A stretch of 60,657 nt of DNA from Patescibacteria group bacterium (GTDB lineage Bacteria > Patescibacteriota > Patescibacteriia > UBA10025 > JAHIVO01), in the NCBI GenBank assembly GCA_041649335.1, contig JBAZNF010000002.1, forward strand, positions 1-60,657, written 5' to 3'. Position 1 is the stretch's first letter. Each line of letters starts with the position of its first letter. The position numbers and the translations under genes were made by a program. The notes beneath the pieces were generated by a model, which was not told the origin of the DNA, searched no databases, and saw nothing but the letters and a program-made list of their open reading frames with translations. Shown in pieces: positions 1-9,573 of this stretch.

Positions 1-609
1 GTTGGCGATCCGGCGGGGGCTTTTTGATTCCCGTTTGGCTAGTTGGCAATAGTAGCAGGCGCCGAAATTCAGTTGGTGCTGTTCAGCGCGGACCAATTTA
101 TTAACGATATGCGGCGGCATGAATCCTGAGGCGAAAATCTGTGAGTGCGCATGGACCAATGATGCACCGGCTTTTCCGCCGTGGTTCTTGAAGATGAGGA
201 TGTATTTCATCTTCTTGTCCTTGCTGATTTCCTCGGTCCGGTTGGCGTATGCTTTCAGCAAACGGACGAGATGGGCTTCGGAAAAATCAGCCAATTCCTT
301 GTTGTGGTGTGGCGTTTCGATGATTACTTCCTGTGTGCCGTATACTTTGGGTGTTTTGGTGCTGACGACTGGGAAAATATTTTTTATGACTTTGATTTCC
401 CACCATTGGTCCGGACCGACCTGGTATAACGGGCGCTGGGAGGCATGCTCGCGCTCGCGGCAAAACGGGCAGTCCTTCGATTTGACCGGCACTTCAATAT
501 GTTCGGCTACGTCATGCGGGCGTTTGGCGCGCTTCGGTGCGATGATGACAAAACGGTTATGGATGTAGTCTTCGCGTATTTCACTCTTGACCGGTGAGAT
601 TCTGACCAT
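1..609 (-). CDS. galT: galactose-1-phosphate uridylyltransferase-like (GalT / HIT branch III) nucleotidyltransferase; C-terminal part runs off the window
   Basis: Absent from the ORF track because it is open at the window edge. Manual reverse-strand translation from the ATG at 607-609 gives MVRISPVKSEIREDYIHNRFVIIAPKRAKRPHD..SKDCPFCRERE..IFKNHGGKAGASLVHAHSQIF. The CPFC zinc knuckle and the H-x-H-x-Q nucleotidyl-transfer motif are GalT hallmarks. Confidence 0.8.
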   Translation of the reverse strand, partial: MVRISPVKSEIREDYIHNRFVIIAPKRAKRPHDVAEHIEVPVKSKDCPFCREREHASQRPLYQVGPDQWWEIKVIKNIFPVVSTKTPKVYGTQEVIIETPHHNKELADFSEAHLVRLLKAYANRTEEISKDKKMKYILIFKNHGGKAGASLVHAHSQIFASGFMPPHIVNKLVRAEQHQLNFGACYYCQLAKRESKSPRRIAN

Positions 610-611
610 GG

Positions 612-2084
612 CTATGAGATAAGTTTTTTATAAATACCCAGATATTTTTTTGCTGAACTTGTCCAGGAAAAATCGTACTGCATGATCCGCCTGACTATCT
701 TATACCACGTTTCCTGGTCTTGATAAAGCGCTAATGCGCGCATGATGGCATCGAAGAACTCTTGTGCGTCAAAATGGCTGAACACGAAGCCGTCGCCCGA
801 CTTCATGTCGGGGTTGTAGTCTTTGACCGTGTCAATCAGCCCGCCCGTCGCCCGGACGACCGGGATGGTGCCGTAGCGCATGGCGATCATCTGGCCAAGG
901 CCGCACGGCTCAAATTTTGACGGCATAAGGAATATGTCGGAGCCGGCATAAATCTGCTGTGCCAGTTTGGCGTCGAAGGCCACCTTCGCGAACATCTTGT
1001 CCGGATAGGCGGCCACCATTGTTTTTACGGATTCTTCTAGAGAGGTCAGGCCGGTTCCGAGTAATACCAGCTGGATATTTTGTTGGGCCAGCTTGTCCCC
1101 GATGGCGCAGAGCAGGTCAACGCCTTTCTGTTCCGCAAAGCGCGTGACAATCCCCAGGACCGGTATGCGCGGGTCAACAGCCAGGCCGCAGGTTTTTTGC
1201 AGGTCGGCCTTGCAGGCCAGTTTTTTGGTCGGGTCTTCGGCGGAGTATGTGGCTACGATATCCTTATCCGTAGCCGGATTGAACCGGTCGACGTCAATGC
1301 CGTTGAGTATCCCGACCAGTCGGTCTTTCTCCTTAGTCAGGTCGTTTTCAAGCTGCGCACCGTATTCCGGGGTAAGGATTTCTTTGGCATATTGGGGGCT
1401 GACGGTATTTATGTAGTCGCTCGTCAGGATGGCCTGCTGTAATCCGACCAGGTCGTCGCCGCGACGGACAGCCAGTGTCGGGCTGTCCGTTTCATTCAGG
1501 CCGATCAAGTCCATAATTTCCCTGGCATTGTATTGCCCCTGGTACTCAAGGTTATGGATGGAGAGCATGGCCTTGACTGCTTGGAGCTTGGGGTCGGTCT
1601 TGGCTAGGATTTTCAGGAGGAGGGGGACGTACCCCACATGCCAGTCATGCGAATGGATGATGTCCGGGTACCATTGGAGGGGCCCGAAAAGGCTGAAGAC
1701 GGCTCTCGCGAAAAAGATAAAACGCTGCGCTTCGCGGGACGAGCCGGAAGAGGAAGCGTCTTTCTCGAAATAGATACCATTTTCGCCCAGGTATTTCAGG
1801 CTGTCGATCAGGTATACGGGCACCTCTGAACCGGGGAGCGGTGTTTCGTAAATTCCCACTTTTTCCACCGCATGATTGAACGGCACGCTGACCGCGTCGG
1901 CGATTTTTGTGAGCGGATATTTTTTTTCATCGACGATACCGTACTTCGGGATGGCGATGCGCACGTCAACGCCAATCTTTTTAAGAGCTTTTGGTAATGC
2001 GCCGATAACATCCGCCAGGCCGCCGACTTTGGCGATCGGGTTCAGTTCAGACGCGACGAACAGGACTTTGACGGGTTGAGACAT
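612..2084 (-). CDS. glgA: glycogen/starch synthase (GT5), paralog 1
   Basis: 490 aa. N-terminal VLFVASELNPIAKVGGLADV (K-x-GGL motif) and C-terminal FLMPSKFEPCGLGQMIAMRYGTIPVV are typical of GlgA. Its stop lies 2 nt before the galT-like start. Confidence 0.95.
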   Translation of the reverse strand: MSQPVKVLFVASELNPIAKVGGLADVIGALPKALKKIGVDVRIAIPKYGIVDEKKYPLTKIADAVSVPFNHAVEKVGIYETPLPGSEVPVYLIDSLKYLGENGIYFEKDASSSGSSREAQRFIFFARAVFSLFGPLQWYPDIIHSHDWHVGYVPLLLKILAKTDPKLQAVKAMLSIHNLEYQGQYNAREIMDLIGLNETDSPTLAVRRGDDLVGLQQAILTSDYINTVSPQYAKEILTPEYGAQLENDLTKEKDRLVGILNGIDVDRFNPATDKDIVATYSAEDPTKKLACKADLQKTCGLAVDPRIPVLGIVTRFAEQKGVDLLCAIGDKLAQQNIQLVLLGTGLTSLEESVKTMVAAYPDKMFAKVAFDAKLAQQIYAGSDIFLMPSKFEPCGLGQMIAMRYGTIPVVRATGGLIDTVKDYNPDMKSGDGFVFSHFDAQEFFDAIMRALALYQDQETWYKIVRRIMQYDFSWTSSAKKYLGIYKKLIS

Positions 2085-2093
2085 GTGGTGGCT

Positions 2094-3086
2094 TTATTTT
2101 TTTAGATTACTTGAAGCCCGCCGGAACATAGTGTCGATAATTTTCCGGAAATGCGGGCTTTTGTTGTATTCGGTAAAAACGGCCGTGGTGGTAATGATAT
2201 CCAGGCTGATCCTGGCCATGAATGCGGGCAGTTGCTTTTTTACGGTGTCAGCGACATGCGAGTTGGCGTGCTTGAGGTACGCAGTGAGAAATAATTTTTC
2301 CAGAGACTCGACCTTCTTTTCCGTATAGATGAAACATTCCATAGCGCGGGCGTGAGTCATGAATGTAGCCACGTCATTAGCCGGAGAAAATTGGGCAGTC
2401 GAGGAAAAGTCGATGATACCGATATCCTTGGTGCGCAGATCGAGGATAATGTTGCTGGCCTGGAAGTCACCGTGGATGGAAAAAGCCCGGCCGGGGTCGT
2501 AAATTTTTTTCAGTCGGGCCAGGTATGCGTTTTTTAATCCAGTGAACCGTTGGCGTGCTAGGGGCATGTATCTAGCTACTTTTTTTTCCGCTGAGTCGAA
2601 GTACGCGGCCTCGTCGTCCCAGGTCCGCAGCAGTCCGACATGCGCCGGGTGATTGTGCAGATCGGCCAGCCGGGCAGCGATGCGGGGGACAGCCTGTCGG
2701 ATGGTATCGATTTGGTGGTCAAATTCACGCAGGACCCAGCCCGCGTATTCTTCATATATAATGAATCCAAGATCATCAATATAAAATAATGGCCGAGCCA
2801 CGACTTTTAGGCCTTTTTTTTGGAAATAGGGATAATACCATTTCATCAGCTCGTAGGTCGGTTTGGGTACGCGGTTGCCGCGGATTGATTTGCGCTGGAC
2901 CTGCCCGTTGCCCATGAGGACGTCCACGTCGTATTTCATGGTGTAGCTTTCTTCGGACAGGAATTTCATGTATTTGCCGTAGAAGAAGGTGATTTTTTTT
3001 GCGCCCGGCCAGAATTTTTTCATATGCCGGGTGAAGAACCGGCGCATGTATGCGGCTTGGCCGACCTGTTGGATTTTTCTCGACAT
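2094..3086 (-). CDS. APH/choline-kinase-fold phosphotransferase, substrate unknown (sugar/maltose kinase candidate)
   Basis: 330 aa. FSIHGDFQASNIILD (catalytic HGD-x3-N) and IGIIDFSS (DFS metal site) are kinase-like-fold motifs. The gene is embedded between glgA and GH57 with 1-9 nt gaps. Confidence 0.6.
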   Translation of the reverse strand: MSRKIQQVGQAAYMRRFFTRHMKKFWPGAKKITFFYGKYMKFLSEESYTMKYDVDVLMGNGQVQRKSIRGNRVPKPTYELMKWYYPYFQKKGLKVVARPLFYIDDLGFIIYEEYAGWVLREFDHQIDTIRQAVPRIAARLADLHNHPAHVGLLRTWDDEAAYFDSAEKKVARYMPLARQRFTGLKNAYLARLKKIYDPGRAFSIHGDFQASNIILDLRTKDIGIIDFSSTAQFSPANDVATFMTHARAMECFIYTEKKVESLEKLFLTAYLKHANSHVADTVKKQLPAFMARISLDIITTTAVFTEYNKSPHFRKIIDTMFRRASSNLKK

Positions 3087-3087
3087 A

Positions 3088-4470
3088 TTATTTCCTGGTG
3101 ATTTGGTCTTTTTTGTCGTTTAATTCTTTCACGCGGTTGCGGATCTGGGCGGCCCGTTCGTATTCCTGCGCTTTGGCCGCTTCCAGCATCTGTTTTTCCA
3201 GGTTACCGACGATTGTGTTGAATTCCGATTCCGGGATGTAGGGCATGTCCGTGGTGATGCGCTGGGTGACGTCTTCGTCAGCGGATTTCGCCATCACGTC
3301 GACCTTACCGCTGCGCTGCCATTCGAATGCGGTAAAGATGATGTTTTGGTACAGTTCCTGCGCTTTTTGCTTGATATCCTGCGGGACGGGGGAATCCTGA
3401 ACCACGCCCTTTAAATCTTTAGCTCCCATCTCGATCATTTCAATGCTCCACCACGGCATGGCTGAGGCCCACCAGTATTGGTCGGAGTGGATAGCCTGGT
3501 CCAGCTCGTTCCGGATTTTTTTGTAGGTCGGATCGGTCGGCTTGATGAGTTTGATAGCGTTCAGGGCTAGGTTGGTCAGCTCCCATTGCATTTTTTGGAT
3601 GATATTATCCTTGTCCATCCAGCGTGAGAACGGTGTATTGTCTTCGATGTCTTTTTTCATCAGCGCCCACGACGAAGAGCGCGGGTCGATCTCCGTATGT
3701 TTGGTGAAGATGGTCGGTAAATCCGACAGGGTGACGGATTTTAATTCTTCGGTGTTGTACATGTCGAAGAGAAGATCTTCGAGGCCTGGCCGGTGGTGGC
3801 CGAATGTTTCGCCGTCCATGGCCGTGATCAGGTATTCGTCGCGGTTGACCCGGTCGCCGAGCAGTTTGACCAGCATACTGCCGGAAAAAACGCTCATGCC
3901 GATCTGGGCGGACAGGATGCGGAAACTCGCTTCTCGTTCACGGAAGAAGACGAAAAAGTCCGGGTGCCCCTTGAGCGTGTACAGCTGGGTCCAGTTGATG
4001 TCCTTTATTTTTCCGGAGTAGGCGAGTTCGTCAAGGATCAGCCATTTGTATCCCTGGGCCGCGATAATTTCACCGACCGCCCGGCTGTACGCCATTTCCG
4101 GCGGGAAAAAGCCGGTCGGATGATATGCTTTCTCACCGAAGTATTTCAAGTTCGTCAGCGTATTCAGCTCGATTTGCCGGACGATTTCCTCTTTCGGCAT
4201 CATCGGCAGAAAGGGGTGGTATTTGGCGCTGGCCGTCAGTTCGATCTGTCCGCGTTCAGCTAAAAGTTTGATGTCGGCGATGACATCCTGGCATCCGAAC
4301 CGGTCGAAGAGCTCAGTCAGTACGGCATTAATGTTCATAGTCATTTTAGCGTGCGGGTTCGCCTTCATGCCGCGGAGGATCTTGCGGTAGCTTTCTTCGG
4401 TGATTTTTCTGACCCAGAACTCTTTTTGGGTCGGCGGCTGGTAGATGTGGAGGAAGTTTGCCCAATACAT
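3088..4470 (-). CDS. glycoside hydrolase family 57 protein with C-terminal UVR motif (paralog a)
   Basis: 460 aa. All five GH57 conserved regions are recognisable: HIYQPP, RGQIEL, FFPPEMAY, MDGETFGHH, SDQYWWA. The C-terminus LEKQMLEAAKAQEYERAAQIRNRVKEL matches the UvrB/UvrC UVR motif. Confidence 0.85.
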   Translation of the reverse strand: MYWANFLHIYQPPTQKEFWVRKITEESYRKILRGMKANPHAKMTMNINAVLTELFDRFGCQDVIADIKLLAERGQIELTASAKYHPFLPMMPKEEIVRQIELNTLTNLKYFGEKAYHPTGFFPPEMAYSRAVGEIIAAQGYKWLILDELAYSGKIKDINWTQLYTLKGHPDFFVFFREREASFRILSAQIGMSVFSGSMLVKLLGDRVNRDEYLITAMDGETFGHHRPGLEDLLFDMYNTEELKSVTLSDLPTIFTKHTEIDPRSSSWALMKKDIEDNTPFSRWMDKDNIIQKMQWELTNLALNAIKLIKPTDPTYKKIRNELDQAIHSDQYWWASAMPWWSIEMIEMGAKDLKGVVQDSPVPQDIKQKAQELYQNIIFTAFEWQRSGKVDVMAKSADEDVTQRITTDMPYIPESEFNTIVGNLEKQMLEAAKAQEYERAAQIRNRVKELNDKKDQITRK

Positions 4471-4510
4471 GTGTTAGTTGTTAGTTATTAGTAGGCTGGC
4501 AATCAAGGCG

Positions 4511-5737
4511 TCAATTTATGGTGATTTTTTTACCGCCGATATACCGGATGTTATCGTGGCGGTTAGTGGTTAGATATCGGTTGGCAATTTCTAAATACGT
4601 ATTTTTTTTCTGCCATTGCGTGGCCAGATTGATAATCTTTCCCGCCAGGCCGATCAGGTCACGGTTTTCCGGCTCCAGGAGGAGGGCGGTCTGGTACAAG
4701 TCGTTCGTTTTTCTGGTGATGATGTCCAGGCTCCACCATGGCTTGGCCGACGCCCACCACATCTGGTCGGACGCCAGTTGCATATCAAGCCGGTGGCGGG
4801 CTTCTGAATACTGCCGGTGGTTTTTGTGTTGCCCTATAATAGTAACCAAATTATTGATAAATTTCCACTGTAACTTATGGATGGGGTTGGTTGGGTCATG
4901 CCACAAGCTGTAGGGGTTGCGATGCCTGATTTCCCGCTCTTGTGAGGACCAGGAACACTGGCGGGGGGATACGGTGTGCCGCCGGTCGATCTGTCTCAGC
5001 AATTCGCTGACCGTGACTGTGGTGACGCTGCCGTGCGTGACCAGCTTTGACCAGTATGCATCCAGACCGGGCCGGTGGTGTCCGAGGTTTTCTCCGTCCA
5101 TGCCCGTGACCAGGACCATGCGGCTGCGGCTGTCTGCGGCTACGGTTTTCCAGAAATGCCCCGTTGACCCTAAGTGGCTTTGGAATGAAAGGAAATCGCT
5201 TACTTTCCTGTTGCGAAAAATAACCTGCAGCGGCGAACCCTTGACTGAATGTGTCCGATCAAAACAGACTCTTCCCAAATGTCCATCGGCTGCGATTTCG
5301 TCGATTATCAGCCAGCGGTAGCCGTGCCGTTTAATAATGGAATTCACTACCGGGCCGTAGGCCATCTCCGGCGGGAAAAAGCCTTTCGGCCGGAATGCCG
5401 GCCCAAAGAACTTTTTATTTGTTAAGGTGTTCAGTTTGATTTGGCGGTCAATTTCGCGTTCAGGCAGAAGCGGCAGGATAGGGTGGTACATGGCGGTGCC
5501 GACCAGTTCGATTTTACCGTGCTGGGCGAGCTCCCGGATGTTTTTAATCACGTCGCGGTAGCCGTGCTCGGCCAGCTGCTCGGTCAGCGATCCGCTGACG
5601 TTCATTGTAATCTTCAGGCGGGGGAATTTTTTTACGATCGCCAACAGCGGCCGGTAGCTTTCGCGGACGACCTTAGTTATTATTTTTTTTGGCCAGCCTG
5701 GCGGCTGGTAGATGTGGAAAAAATTAGCCCAAAGCAT
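4511..5737 (-). CDS. glycoside hydrolase family 57 protein (paralog b)
   Basis: The track ORF 4511..6079 has a 114-aa Arg/Pro-rich N-terminal extension that overlaps the upstream glgA. The internal ATG at 5735-5737 gives MLWANFFHIYQPPGW, colinear with paralog a. GH57 regions present: HIYQPP, HGKIEL, FFPPEMAY, MDGENLGHH, SDQMWWA. Confidence 0.85.
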   Translation of the reverse strand: MLWANFFHIYQPPGWPKKIITKVVRESYRPLLAIVKKFPRLKITMNVSGSLTEQLAEHGYRDVIKNIRELAQHGKIELVGTAMYHPILPLLPEREIDRQIKLNTLTNKKFFGPAFRPKGFFPPEMAYGPVVNSIIKRHGYRWLIIDEIAADGHLGRVCFDRTHSVKGSPLQVIFRNRKVSDFLSFQSHLGSTGHFWKTVAADSRSRMVLVTGMDGENLGHHRPGLDAYWSKLVTHGSVTTVTVSELLRQIDRRHTVSPRQCSWSSQEREIRHRNPYSLWHDPTNPIHKLQWKFINNLVTIIGQHKNHRQYSEARHRLDMQLASDQMWWASAKPWWSLDIITRKTNDLYQTALLLEPENRDLIGLAGKIINLATQWQKKNTYLEIANRYLTTNRHDNIRYIGGKKITIN

Positions 5738-5754
5738 GTGTAGAGATCCTCGGG

Positions 5755-7233
5755 TTAGTGGTGGTGCTGGAGGTATTCGCGTTTTTTCTTGATGGCGATC
5801 CGGAACAGCTGTATATATTTTTTTGCGGGCAATTCCCATGAATACGTCTGGCGCATGGCGTTCCAGGTCATGTATTCCCAAACCTGCGGGTATTTGTAGT
5901 TTTCCAGGGCGCGGGTCAGGGCGATCAGGAAGTCCTGCCGATGGTATGTTTTGAATGTAAAGCCGTTGCCCTTGCGGGTTTTTGGGTTGAAATTGGTGAT
6001 GGTGTCCGATAGCCCGCCGGTCTCGTGGACGATCGGTATTGAGCCGTAACGCAAGCTTTTTAATTGTGAGATGCCGCACGGTTCGAAGCGCGAGGGCATG
6101 AGAAACATGTCGGAGCCGGCATAGATCTTTGATTCCATTTCTTCGGTGAATGGGGTGTAGAAACCGATTTTTTTGGGGTGCTGCCGGGCGATTTTTTTGA
6201 AGAAATCAATATATTCTTTATGTCCAGTGCCGATGATGACCATTTGCATCTGCAGGCGGAGCAGCGCGTCCATAGTGCCCATGATCAGATCGAACCCCTT
6301 TTGTTCCGTCAGGCGGTTGACGACGCCGATCAGGGGGATTTCCGGATTGCGTTCCAATCCGACCAGCCGCTGCAGCTCGATCTTGTTTTTTTTCTTGCGC
6401 CGCAGCGTGTTCCAGTCATATTTATACTTAATATGGTCATCGTAAGCCGGGTTATTGACGGTATAGTCGATGCCGTTGATGATGCCGAAAAGGTCTTTTT
6501 TTCGGTGCCGCAGGTACCGATCCAGGCCTTGCCCATAGTCAGTCGTAGTGATTTCTTCGGCGTACCGCTCACTGACCGTGCTGATCATGTTTGCGTAAAA
6601 GATGCCCCGCTTGGCAAAGTTCAAATTGTCCAGGTTATCCAGCCGTTTCAGCGGGTCGCAGCGCCCATCATCAATACGTTCTGGAGGCACGGTCCACCAG
6701 TCGTGGCCGAGCTGGAACGCTAAATTATGGATGGTAAAGACCGTGGCCGCTTTTTTTAATGAAGGGAATTTGGCCGGTTCCTTAATCAGTAAATTCGGTA
6801 TCAGAGCGGTTTGCCAGTCATGGCAATGGATGATGTGCGGATTGAACTTGATCAATTCCAGCAGCTTGAGGGCGGCCAGGTCCATGACGAGGAACCGGAG
6901 GTTGTCGTCGGTGAAGTTATAGACCCGGGAATGCTGGCCGAAAAGTTCCTGGTTGCCAATAAAGAATATTTTTAGATTTTCATTGAAGTCGAGTCGGAAA
7001 AACGTGATCGGGAATTTTTTCTTCCCCACGGTTACCGTGACCGTCCCGTCTACTTTTTTCAGGTCCAGTCCCTGTTTGTGGATGAACCCGTAAAGCGGAG
7101 TGATGATCAAAACCTGGTGGCCGATGGCGGCGATCGCCTTAGGAAGGGATTTGGCCACGTCAGCCAAACCGCCCGTTTTGGAATACGGGGCGACTTCAGA
7201 GGCGATGCTGGCGATGCGAAAGACTTGTTGCAT
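5755..7233 (-). CDS. glgA: glycogen/starch synthase (GT5), paralog 2
   Basis: Start moved to the ATG at 7231-7233 (MQQVFRIASIASEVAPYSKTGGLADVAKSLPKAI, K-T-GGL motif). The longer track ORF would overlap the GH15 gene. The C-terminal FLMPSRFEPCGISQLKSLRYGSIPIV matches GlgA. Confidence 0.9.
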   Translation of the reverse strand: MQQVFRIASIASEVAPYSKTGGLADVAKSLPKAIAAIGHQVLIITPLYGFIHKQGLDLKKVDGTVTVTVGKKKFPITFFRLDFNENLKIFFIGNQELFGQHSRVYNFTDDNLRFLVMDLAALKLLELIKFNPHIIHCHDWQTALIPNLLIKEPAKFPSLKKAATVFTIHNLAFQLGHDWWTVPPERIDDGRCDPLKRLDNLDNLNFAKRGIFYANMISTVSERYAEEITTTDYGQGLDRYLRHRKKDLFGIINGIDYTVNNPAYDDHIKYKYDWNTLRRKKKNKIELQRLVGLERNPEIPLIGVVNRLTEQKGFDLIMGTMDALLRLQMQMVIIGTGHKEYIDFFKKIARQHPKKIGFYTPFTEEMESKIYAGSDMFLMPSRFEPCGISQLKSLRYGSIPIVHETGGLSDTITNFNPKTRKGNGFTFKTYHRQDFLIALTRALENYKYPQVWEYMTWNAMRQTYSWELPAKKYIQLFRIAIKKKREYLQHHH

Positions 7234-7240
7234 AATGGTA

Positions 7241-8329
7241 TTAAATGAATCCAAGATACCGACTGGCGATGACGAACATGGCATGGCTCCAGGCCAATGG
7301 GTATATGCCGACGCGGACATCCTCAAAAAACTGTTCCGGCAGGTAGTAATTGAATTTTTCAGCCCGTTCAACAACCCAGTTATAATATTGGAGCGCCTTG
7401 GCCTTGTTTCCCGCTGATTGCCAGTAAATAGCCAGCCAGCAGTTCAGGACCGGCCAGGCGCCGCCGCCTTCCTGCGCCGAACCTTCACTGTCGAAATAAT
7501 CGAACTGGAACCGGTGGACGCCGCCGTTAATGATCAGGGAGTCTTCAATTTTTTTTACGGTGCTTCTCATCCGGTCATCATTTGCCTCGACCAGGTTGAA
7601 CGGGTAGACCAACCCAAGCAGGGAAGCGTCGATATTAGGGTCGGAAATAACCCCTTTATTGCGGAGGAAATACCGCTGGGTCTGGTCATAGGCCTCGTTG
7701 ATTTTTGTGACCATCTGATGGGCCGCCTCTTTCCATAGGTGGTTCGGGATGATTTCATTGGCGCAAAACAGGCCCCGGGCGCAGGCGGCCAAGGAGTAGG
7801 TGAAATTATTTTTCAGACGGGTGGACGTTTTTCTCTCGAACGCCTCCCAGATATCCGCCGTCGGTTCCGAAAAATGGTCTTTCTCCCAGTAACCTGACAA
7901 CCCTTCGGCCAGACGCTCGATTAATGTCTGGTATATAACGGCGTTTTTAAGATCCGCGCGGTAGAAATGATGGATGGCCCACAGGAGCGTCCCCATCTGG
8001 TCAGCCTGGAACTGTTTCCCCATGGTAGCGATCCGACCGTTTGTGGAATAATTTGAGTACAGTAATTTTGTCGATTCGAAATCTTCCGGACGCTCGGTTA
8101 CCCAGGTAAAGAATTTTTCCTGAATAGGAAGTTTGAGATATTCGGCGGCCACGCAAATATACGCGGCGTCGCGGATCCACACGTACCGGTAGTCCGAACC
8201 TTCTTTTGGCGTATAGGGCTCATCAGTATTAGCGGCTACGATGGCACCGTTTTCCAGAGCACAGTCCTTGATGACCTCCTGCGAAGTGGAAATTATTTTC
8301 TGAATTTTTTTATCACTGGTCATGTCCAC
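7241..8329 (-). CDS. GH15-like (glucoamylase/glucodextranase-type) catalytic domain protein
   Basis: 362 aa. YRYVWIRDAAYI, GTLLWAIHH, GGAWPVLNCWLAIY and YPLAWSHAMFV resemble the (alpha/alpha)6 barrel of GH15 enzymes. There is no N-terminal starch-binding or beta-sandwich domain. Confidence 0.7.
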   Translation of the reverse strand: MDMTSDKKIQKIISTSQEVIKDCALENGAIVAANTDEPYTPKEGSDYRYVWIRDAAYICVAAEYLKLPIQEKFFTWVTERPEDFESTKLLYSNYSTNGRIATMGKQFQADQMGTLLWAIHHFYRADLKNAVIYQTLIERLAEGLSGYWEKDHFSEPTADIWEAFERKTSTRLKNNFTYSLAACARGLFCANEIIPNHLWKEAAHQMVTKINEAYDQTQRYFLRNKGVISDPNIDASLLGLVYPFNLVEANDDRMRSTVKKIEDSLIINGGVHRFQFDYFDSEGSAQEGGGAWPVLNCWLAIYWQSAGNKAKALQYYNWVVERAEKFNYYLPEQFFEDVRVGIYPLAWSHAMFVIASRYLGFI

Positions 8330-8330
8330 G

Positions 8331-8822
8331 CTAATAGTTTTTTATCCCTCCGCAGACGGCGATCGATAACGCATCGGCGACGTCATCGGGCTGCGGTATG
8401 GTCTGGAGCTTGAGGAATATTTTTATCATCCGCTGCATCTGTGATTTGTCAGCCCGTCCGTCGCCGGTGATAGCCTGCTTGACCTGGAGCGGCGTGAATT
8501 CCCGCACGGGAATGCCGGCGGTGCCGGCGGCCAGGATGGCCACGCCGCGCGCTTCCCCGACCCGCATGGCGGTCGTCGTGTTGGTTGCGAAGAAAAGTTT
8601 TTCAATGGCTATGGCGTCCGGCCGGTATTTATTTATGATCGCTGACAGCCCGTCGAAGATTTTTTTCAGCCTTTGCTCATATGGTACAGACGGTTTTGAG
8701 GCGATGACGCCCTGGGCAATGGCAGAAACTTTTTGCTTGTCATGTTTGACAATGCCATAGCCGGTGATGGCATAACCCGGATCGATCCCTAAAACCGTAA
8801 ATGAATTTTTAGAGCTCGGCAT
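8331..8822 (-). CDS. ruvC: crossover junction endodeoxyribonuclease RuvC
   Basis: 163 aa. FTVLGIDPGYAITGYGIV N-terminus, EKLFFATN and DDVADALSIAVC motifs. Overlaps the yebC stop by 14 nt. Confidence 0.9.
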   Translation of the reverse strand: MPSSKNSFTVLGIDPGYAITGYGIVKHDKQKVSAIAQGVIASKPSVPYEQRLKKIFDGLSAIINKYRPDAIAIEKLFFATNTTTAMRVGEARGVAILAAGTAGIPVREFTPLQVKQAITGDGRADKSQMQRMIKIFLKLQTIPQPDDVADALSIAVCGGIKNY

Positions 8823-9534
8823 TGGTGAAATAATCGCTTACGTCATCATTCGCCTCAAGTTCTTCAAGTAATTTGTATATTTGTTCTTTCGCTGCCTCGT
8901 TCGGCGGGACGACTTTATTCATCGGGAGCATTTCCACGCCCGTTGCGTCCAGTGTAAATCCCTCGCGCTCGATGGCTTGGCCGACTTTTTGCACGTCTGC
9001 TGGCGCGGTGTAGACGCTGAAGCCCTCATCTTCCTCGACAATGTCATCTGCTCCGGCATCAATCATTTTTAAGGTAAACTCTTCCTTGTCTTTAATATTT
9101 GTTTTGGAGATGCGTATCGCTCCTTTCCTGGTGAACATATAGCTCACGCTGCCGGTGTTGCCGAGCGTACCGTTATATTTTGCTAATATTGAACGAATTT
9201 CCGTAGCTGAACGGTTCTTATTGTCAGTGGTGACATCAATAATAATTGCGGTTCCGTGAGGCCCGAATCCCTCATAGGTAACTTCTTCGATGGTGACGCC
9301 CTCAATTTCACCGGCCCCGCGGGCAATGGCCCGCTCAATGTTTTCATTGGGCATGTTCGACACCTTGGCCTTGTCTATAGCCATGCGCAGCCGAAAATTC
9401 ATGGTCGGGTCCTTCCCGCCCTGACGGGCGGCCACGCTAACCGCATTGGCCAGTTTGGTGAATAAGTTGCCGCGCCGGTTGTCAGAAACAGCTTTTTGTC
9501 TTTTTATTTGTGCCCATTTTGAATGACCGGACAT
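8809..9534 (-). CDS. yebC: YebC/PmpR family DNA-binding regulator
   Basis: 241 aa. MSGHSKWAQIKRQKAVSDNRRGNLFTKL is the family signature N-terminus. Shows the classical yebC-ruvC adjacency. Confidence 0.9.
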   Translation of the reverse strand: MSGHSKWAQIKRQKAVSDNRRGNLFTKLANAVSVAARQGGKDPTMNFRLRMAIDKAKVSNMPNENIERAIARGAGEIEGVTIEEVTYEGFGPHGTAIIIDVTTDNKNRSATEIRSILAKYNGTLGNTGSVSYMFTRKGAIRISKTNIKDKEEFTLKMIDAGADDIVEEDEGFSVYTAPADVQKVGQAIEREGFTLDATGVEMLPMNKVVPPNEAAKEQIYKLLEELEANDDVSDYFTNAEL

Positions 9535-9573
9535 GTGAATTTTTTTTCATTAATTTATCGATTTGCGTCGTTA

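Noticed and set aside
119-568. Plus-strand ORFs of 149 and 82 aa at the left edge
   Set aside because: They are antisense to a clearly recognisable GalT-like reading frame (CPFC and HxHxQ motifs). Their composition is odd (Trp/Cys/Arg-rich) and they contain no motif.
5738-6079. N-terminal extensions of several track ORFs (4511..6079, 5755..7374, 37739..38512, 42499..43254, 29565..31106, 40714..41496, 46372..46812, 48572..48901, 56743..57240)
   Set aside because: Each extension overlaps the 3' end of the upstream gene and is Arg/Pro/Ser-rich. An internal ATG gives a family-typical N-terminus that abuts the upstream stop, so I shortened the calls.
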